This document shows positions 49,972 through 55,086 of a stretch of 55,086 nt of DNA, one piece after another; the first letter of the stretch is position 1, and every line of letters begins with the position of its first letter. The translations under genes and the position numbers were made by a program. The notes beneath the pieces were generated by a model that did no database searches, was not told the DNA's origin, and worked only from the letters and a program-made list of their open reading frames with translations. The DNA is from a virus (lineage: Duplodnaviria > Caudoviricetes), in the IMG/VR virus record IMGVR_UViG_3300021976_000018, positions 1 through 55,086 of that record, one strand, 5' to 3'.

Positions 49972-50568
49972 TCAGAACGGCGAGTCGAGGATCGACTTCG
50001 CCAACTTGGCGGGGTCGACCGGGGTCTCTGTGTCTGGGGGGGACGCTCCGCCGCGGAGCTTCTCCTTGGGTCGGCCGACCGACGGCGGCTTGGCGCCGTC
50101 GGTGCCGTTGGGCTTGTCGCCGGACTCGTCGGCGTCACCCGTCGCGGGCTCGTCACCGTCAGGCTTCGGCTTGGGCTTGGTCTTCACGCCGAACGTCTCG
50201 ACCAGCTCCTCGGCGTCGGCCACCAGCTCGTCGCGAGTGGTGCCCTGCAGCCGACGGGCCTGCGCCGGGGTGAGATCCTTCTCGGCGGCAATGTCGGCGA
50301 TGAGCGCCTTGCGCTCGGCCTCGACTGCCCGGCTCTCCAAGCCGTCGACCTTGGCCAGCAGCTTCTCGATGTCGGACTTCGAGGCGTCCTCGGCGGCCTG
50401 GACCTTGGCCAGCTCCTCGCGGGCTGTCCGCAGGTCGGTCTCCGCCTTGCGCCGGGCGTCGCGCTCGGCCTTCAGGGCACGTTCACCGCCGTCTCCCAGC
50501 GGCTTGTCGTCACCCTTCTCCTTGGTGTCGTCGTCGCCCTTCGCGGGCTTGTCCTTCTCGTCAGCCAT
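49972..50568 (-). CDS. Capsid scaffolding protein
   Basis: Acidic coiled coil; LG..GERALKAER.AR...RLQG.TR.EL.ADA..L...RPKE.LRGG. Confidence 0.85.
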   Translation of the reverse strand: MADEKDKPAKGDDDTKEKGDDKPLGDGGERALKAERDARRKAETDLRTAREELAKVQAAEDASKSDIEKLLAKVDGLESRAVEAERKALIADIAAEKDLTPAQARRLQGTTRDELVADAEELVETFGVKTKPKPKPDGDEPATGDADESGDKPNGTDGAKPPSVGRPKEKLRGGASPPDTETPVDPAKLAKSILDSPF

Positions 50569-51349
50569 CGCGGCTTCCTTCTCTCAGGCCTGCCGTCGCG
50601 GCAGGGGTTACTCGGTCCTCTCGCAGCCTTCGGAAGGCGTTGAGAGCGTCGTTCTTGGTGCCCTCGACTCCGGGCAGCACCTCGCGCTGGGCTCGTGCCC
50701 ATTCGTCGCGGAACTGCTGCGACGTAGCGGGCAGACGGGAGCCCTCGTAGACCGGCTCGGCGTCGCAGTTGCAGCCCACGTGCTTCTTGAACGCCCGCTC
50801 GTCGAACACCGGGCCCCGGCTGGCCTGCATGGCGCACCAGGCGCAGGCGCCGGAAGATGCGACCCGCTGGTACTTCCCCGTCGATGCCCGATCGGACAGG
50901 GTGGCTTCGATCACGACCTGTCGGCCGCCGTCGAGGGTGAGGTTCATCGCTGACCCCGCCACCCGGGTGAACCCGTTCCGGGCTGCCGCCTGCGGTGAGA
51001 ACCCTCGCTGCCGGGCCCGGATGATGCCGGAGAGGCCGGCGCCTCGCACCAGCCCCGACACCACAGCCGCTACCGGTGGTTCACCGGCCACGATCGTCGC
51101 CGCACCGCGTACACCCTCGGCCTGACGGAAGTCCCCGAAGTAGCGGGTGGCTGCTGTGGCCGAGTCCCGGTTCCGGGCCCGCACGACCACCGCGGCGGTG
51201 GTGGCGAACGCACCGATGGTGCCGGCCAGGTTGAGCGGATCGACCGTGTCCCACAGGCCGAGCAGGTCGCTGACCGTCGCGGCGCCGATCGCCACCTGCA
51301 GCAGCCGGTGCTCCTGTGTGAGTTCCGCACCCTCCTCAGTGCGGGCCAC
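50561..51349 (-). CDS. Capsid maturation (MuF-like) minor head protein
   Basis: YQRV....ACAWC.MQASRG.V......H.GCNC...P. Confidence 0.8.
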   Translation of the reverse strand: MARTEEGAELTQEHRLLQVAIGAATVSDLLGLWDTVDPLNLAGTIGAFATTAAVVVRARNRDSATAATRYFGDFRQAEGVRGAATIVAGEPPVAAVVSGLVRGAGLSGIIRARQRGFSPQAAARNGFTRVAGSAMNLTLDGGRQVVIEATLSDRASTGKYQRVASSGACAWCAMQASRGPVFDERAFKKHVGCNCDAEPVYEGSRLPATSQQFRDEWARAQREVLPGVEGTKNDALNAFRRLREDRVTPAATAGLREGSRDG

Positions 51350-52872
51350 TACGCCTGCTCCAGCTCCCGGGCGTCAGCCGCAGCGGGTCGCAGCGACACC
51401 GGGATCGCCCCGGTGAACTTCACGCCTTCGAGCCCCAGACGGCGGGCAGCGTCGTCGGGGTCGACGCCGGAACGGATCGCCACACCGAGAGCATCGAAGC
51501 GCTGCTTCAGGTCGGCGGCATCACCCGGCGTGCCGCTGCCGCCCGCGGCCGGGGTTGTGGCACGGTCGAGTGCCGCGGTCAGATCCATGAACGGGTCGGC
51601 CTCGTCGGCGAGCGCCTCCCACTGGTCGGTCTCATGCTGCGGGACACCGGGGATGCGCTGCCACAAAGCGCGGGGCGGCACCCCGAGCTTCTCCACCAGC
51701 GTGCCCAACGCCTGCGCCGCGTCGTTCAGGGACCGGACTCGCGTGTCCCGCCACATCACCGACGCAGCCGGGTCCGGCTTGATGCCCATGTACTCGCCGG
51801 ACAGGTTGAGGGTCTGCTCGTGGGACTCGCCGCACACAGTGCGGTTCTCCTCGATGGCGGCGTAGTGGCTCGCCTTCGCAGCCTCCAGAGCCTCAGCGGA
51901 GAGGTTGACGAATTGACCGGACAGCTCATGCACCGCTGTCTGCGACACCACCGCCATGTGGCGGACCGAGGCCTCCCGGGACTCGATGTAGCCCCGCAGG
52001 TCGGTCTGCTGGCTCTCCCAGATCTGGATCTCGCCGGGCGAGTCCTCGAACGTCCACAGGCTCGACGCCCCAGCCTTGAGCTTCTCCTCTTCGTCTTTGG
52101 CCAGCCATCCGATGATCGCCCGCTTCCGGAACGCTCCGTAGTGCTGGGCGACCTGCAGTCCGAACGAGGTGACGTTGATCTGGTCCTGGAGCGGGATGTG
52201 TGGCTGCACGATCCCGCGCACCGGGTCATCGAGGTCATCGGTGTCGCGGTAACGGACCGCCGGGCAGACCGGATCGCCGTTGTAGGTCGCCCCGTGCGGC
52301 TCCCCATCGCCGGTCAGGGTCAGGGTGTCGCCTTCGGCGCCGGCGAGGACGTAGATGGCTTCCCGGTCGAGTAGCCACCAGCGGCCGTCCCGGCGCTGCC
52401 ACAGCACCGCGGTCGGCCACTCGTCATCCGCGCCGTACGCGGCAGTCAACTGGCGGGGACTCGCACCACGCAGCACCGGCACCGGATCACCGGGCAGCAC
52501 GACCACGTAGCCAGCGCCGTAGGACATCGCAGCCCGATGCACACCGATCTGACGGGCATCGAACCGGTTCCGCTGCCACACATCCCACTGGGCCAGGTTG
52601 TCCCCGCTCGTCGGGGTCTGGAACCCGTCCACGTACATGGCCTGCACCCGCGCGTTGACGAGGTACTTCAACACATTGACCCGGGAGATCCGGGCCAGGC
52701 GGGTGACCTCATCCGGCGTCCCCGAAGGGAGACCGCCCAGCGGGCGTTTCTTGTCCGGGTCATCGATCAGGTAGTCGTGGATGAGGTCGAGTCGCGGCTT
52801 CTCGCCTTGGCGGATCTCCATCAGTTCCCGGGCCAAAGCCTCGGTTGCCTTGCGCGACAGCGGCATCGTCAC
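51349..52872 (-). CDS. Portal protein (SPP1 gp6-like)
   Basis: W..N.FD..Q..VHR.A..YG..Y, NLSAEAL, DA...L...GVP...LW..IPG; follows the terminase. Confidence 0.92.
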   Translation of the reverse strand: MTMPLSRKATEALARELMEIRQGEKPRLDLIHDYLIDDPDKKRPLGGLPSGTPDEVTRLARISRVNVLKYLVNARVQAMYVDGFQTPTSGDNLAQWDVWQRNRFDARQIGVHRAAMSYGAGYVVVLPGDPVPVLRGASPRQLTAAYGADDEWPTAVLWQRRDGRWWLLDREAIYVLAGAEGDTLTLTGDGEPHGATYNGDPVCPAVRYRDTDDLDDPVRGIVQPHIPLQDQINVTSFGLQVAQHYGAFRKRAIIGWLAKDEEEKLKAGASSLWTFEDSPGEIQIWESQQTDLRGYIESREASVRHMAVVSQTAVHELSGQFVNLSAEALEAAKASHYAAIEENRTVCGESHEQTLNLSGEYMGIKPDPAASVMWRDTRVRSLNDAAQALGTLVEKLGVPPRALWQRIPGVPQHETDQWEALADEADPFMDLTAALDRATTPAAGGSGTPGDAADLKQRFDALGVAIRSGVDPDDAARRLGLEGVKFTGAIPVSLRPAAADARELEQA

Positions 52873-52882
52873 CTCCTCCCGT

Positions 52883-54643
52883 TCAGAACACGGCCCGGCC
52901 GGTCTTCTTGCGCGGCAACTTCCCGGAGTTCAGCGCCAGACGGCGGCCCATCCGGGCCCCGACCATGCACACCGCCAAGTCCACGAGCTTCCCGGAACCC
53001 CGACTGATCTTCCCCAACGACGTCCCCCACGGGTTCGGGCGCCGCCGGGCGTTGTGCACATGCATCCGCAGCGCCGGGTTCCCGTCGTGGGTGAGGGTGC
53101 CGTCCTCGTCGATCTCCTGGGCGCACTGCATCGCCGCCTCGGTGAACAGACGGTTCCGTTCCGTCGACCCCAAGGTCTTGATTCGCATGTCGAACAGCAC
53201 CGAATGCCCCTTCGCACCCGGCGTCGCCCAGATGGGGAGCTTCTTACCGAAATCGCGATGCCAGCCGTCGCAGATGCCCCGCCAGTACAGGTGCTCGTCC
53301 TCGTCATCCCGTGCCGGCGACGGATCGATCCCGCACCACACCACCTGGTACCGGTCGAACGCCGCCCGGCCGGTCGCGTCCACCTCGTGCCTCGGCGCCA
53401 ACCAGCCCTTGCCCCGCTCCCCATGCGGCTTCTGCCAGAAACCAAGCACGAACACGTGGCCGTCGCTGATCCTTGACGCCACCAGGCCCGTCGAGTCCGA
53501 CGACTTCGAGCAGTCCAGGAACATCGCGATCTGCTCACGGTCCGCCACCACCATGGCGGCCCGGGCGCAATCATCGAACCGTCTCGGGTCAACCCACGCG
53601 TCCTCGGCCGTCGCGAGCCCGTTGAGGTAGTAGCGGATGCTGTCGGCGACGCTGGTGCGAGGCTCGAGCACCTCGTCGGCCAGGCGCTCCAGATCGGCCC
53701 AATCGGCATCCGCGTACGCCGCCTCGAGGCCGACCCGCAGGGACTCCTCGTCGTACAGGTCGGTGTCCGGCGGGGCTTCGATGCTGTCGTAGAGGATGTC
53801 GTGCCGCTTCGCTTTGCCGGCGACCTGCAACTGCCACGCCTCGTAGGACTGCTCGCCGGTCGAGTCGTCGCCCTGGCGGTGAGCGTTCGTCATCTCGCAC
53901 AGGCGGGCTTGGAGCTCGGCCGGCGACTTGCCCACGTTGCGGCGGGCCACCGCGGCGACCTTGTGACCGCCCGACGACTCGGTCATGTGGTGCGACTCGT
54001 TCAGCAGGATGAACGTCGCCGGGTCACCCTCGACCGTCTTCTCCGAAGCCGTCAGAATCTCCGACCGGCCGCCGGTGTCCTTCAAGATCGTGCGGGTCTC
54101 CCCGCAGTCGATCCCGTAGTAGTCCCGTGCCTCGGCCCCCAGCAGGGCGTTCGCGATGCGCAGGACGTCTTTCGACTGGGCTTCGGAGTTGCTGGCCACC
54201 TGGACCAGCGGCATCCGGTGCCGCTCGCCGACCCAACGCCCGCCCCTGTGCACCAGATGCGCCGGGCCGACCAGCTCGATGTCGCACAGCGCTGCACCGA
54301 ACGGGTCCTTGCCCGTCCCCTTCGCTCCTCGCCGCACACCTGACCGGAACAGCCACCGCCCCGTCATCGGATCGAAGGCGTACCAGAGGATCAGGAACCG
54401 CTTCTGACCAGGGGTGAAGCGCCACTGAGCGCCGGTCAGGTAGTGGGTGAGGCCCGGCTCGTCGGTCCGCCACTCCGCCCAGTCGATCACTTGCGGGCCC
54501 AGCGAGTTCTCCAACAGGCGCCGCTTCTCCGCCGGGTCGTCCGGCCACGGCAACGTCACCCACGCTGCGGTACCGAACCACGGGTCCAGCCGGTACCCAG
54601 GCGGCAGCTCAAGATCGGCGTCAGAGATCGCGGTAGTCGTCAA
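52883..54643 (-). CDS. terL: Terminase large subunit
   Basis: Walker A RRGAKGTGKD, LNESH, TNA; nuclease DCSKS.DST.L and K.VD.AVC. Confidence 0.93.
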   Translation of the reverse strand: MTTTAISDADLELPPGYRLDPWFGTAAWVTLPWPDDPAEKRRLLENSLGPQVIDWAEWRTDEPGLTHYLTGAQWRFTPGQKRFLILWYAFDPMTGRWLFRSGVRRGAKGTGKDPFGAALCDIELVGPAHLVHRGGRWVGERHRMPLVQVASNSEAQSKDVLRIANALLGAEARDYYGIDCGETRTILKDTGGRSEILTASEKTVEGDPATFILLNESHHMTESSGGHKVAAVARRNVGKSPAELQARLCEMTNAHRQGDDSTGEQSYEAWQLQVAGKAKRHDILYDSIEAPPDTDLYDEESLRVGLEAAYADADWADLERLADEVLEPRTSVADSIRYYLNGLATAEDAWVDPRRFDDCARAAMVVADREQIAMFLDCSKSSDSTGLVASRISDGHVFVLGFWQKPHGERGKGWLAPRHEVDATGRAAFDRYQVVWCGIDPSPARDDEDEHLYWRGICDGWHRDFGKKLPIWATPGAKGHSVLFDMRIKTLGSTERNRLFTEAAMQCAQEIDEDGTLTHDGNPALRMHVHNARRRPNPWGTSLGKISRGSGKLVDLAVCMVGARMGRRLALNSGKLPRKKTGRAVF

Positions 54644-55034
54644 GGCGGGTCACCCCCGAGCCGTCGTCCACCTCCCCCGGTGCCTCGACGTAGCGGATAC
54701 GCAGGTCACGGCGGGCGTCCATCGTGGTGCCCAGCACCTTCTCCCGCTGCCGCAGCTCCGTCGCCGCCCGTACGCCGCCCTCATGGAACTCGGCAGCGAT
54801 CAGCGCAGTGTCCAGAGCGAACTGCCAGTCCGCCGGAGCCCACAGCGCACAGTGCGGCATCGCCGACACGGTCTCCCACCACCGCTTCGTGAACGCCGGC
54901 CAACCGCCCTTGCGGCGGGGAAGCTTCGGGCCGGCCTCGAACGGGACGTTCGGGACCTCGATCCAGTCGTACGTCGGCTTGTTGCGGTTCCGGGCGTGAC
55001 CCTGAGGCTTCGGCTTCCGGCCAGTCACCGGCAT
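54621..55034 (-). CDS. terS: Terminase small subunit
   Basis: GRKPKP...RN...W...T.RWW.....P....W..ADW..ALDTA...ELR.RE..LG.T...R..LR. Confidence 0.88.
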   Translation of the reverse strand: MPVTGRKPKPQGHARNRNKPTYDWIEVPNVPFEAGPKLPRRKGGWPAFTKRWWETVSAMPHCALWAPADWQFALDTALIAAEFHEGGVRAATELRQREKVLGTTMDARRDLRIRYVEAPGEVDDGSGVTRLDDYRDL

Positions 55035-55086
55035 GGCACATCACCTCTTGAGAACCGTTCCCGTTTCCTACAGTGGCTGACTCGCT

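Larger units (their letters stand above)
1..55086 (-). mobile_element. Temperate actinobacterial siphovirus genome, probably complete and opened between the HNH and small terminase genes
   Basis: Contains head, tail, lysis, integration, immunity and replication modules in canonical order and no host housekeeping genes. The HNH ORF at the left end reaches a stop codon across the 1/55086 junction. Confidence 0.93.

Overview
The window looks like a complete, or nearly complete, temperate high-GC siphovirus genome of about 55 kb, read mostly on the minus strand, with no recognisable host genes. WhiB, Lsr2, DUF397 and DUF2637 domains and an actinobacterial-type LexA box point to an actinobacterial host. 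From the right end leftwards it encodes terminase, portal, head, three glycosyltransferases, neck, tail, lysis genes and an initiator tRNA. These are followed by a short plus-strand arm, a serine integrase, an accessory island of about 7 kb, the repressor/Cro switch, and a long early and replication operon. The window ends in a packaging-type HNH gene whose frame closes only if the window is circularised. Strongest leads: (1) a complete HNH endonuclease gene nested in the +1 frame inside an unbroken DNA methyltransferase ORF, bracketed in the host frame by two CxxC pairs; (2) a Streptomyces-plasmid-like TraB/FtsK transfer module with clt-like 8-bp repeats and a second, tyrosine recombinase inside an intact phage; (3) a lone antisense gene under a perfect LexA box, a candidate antirepressor; (4) a queuosine-precursor transporter paired with a minimal TGT/DpdA-like enzyme; (5) a duplicated tail-assembly chaperone in place of the usual frameshift. 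All family calls come from motifs recognised by eye. No database search or RNA folding was run.
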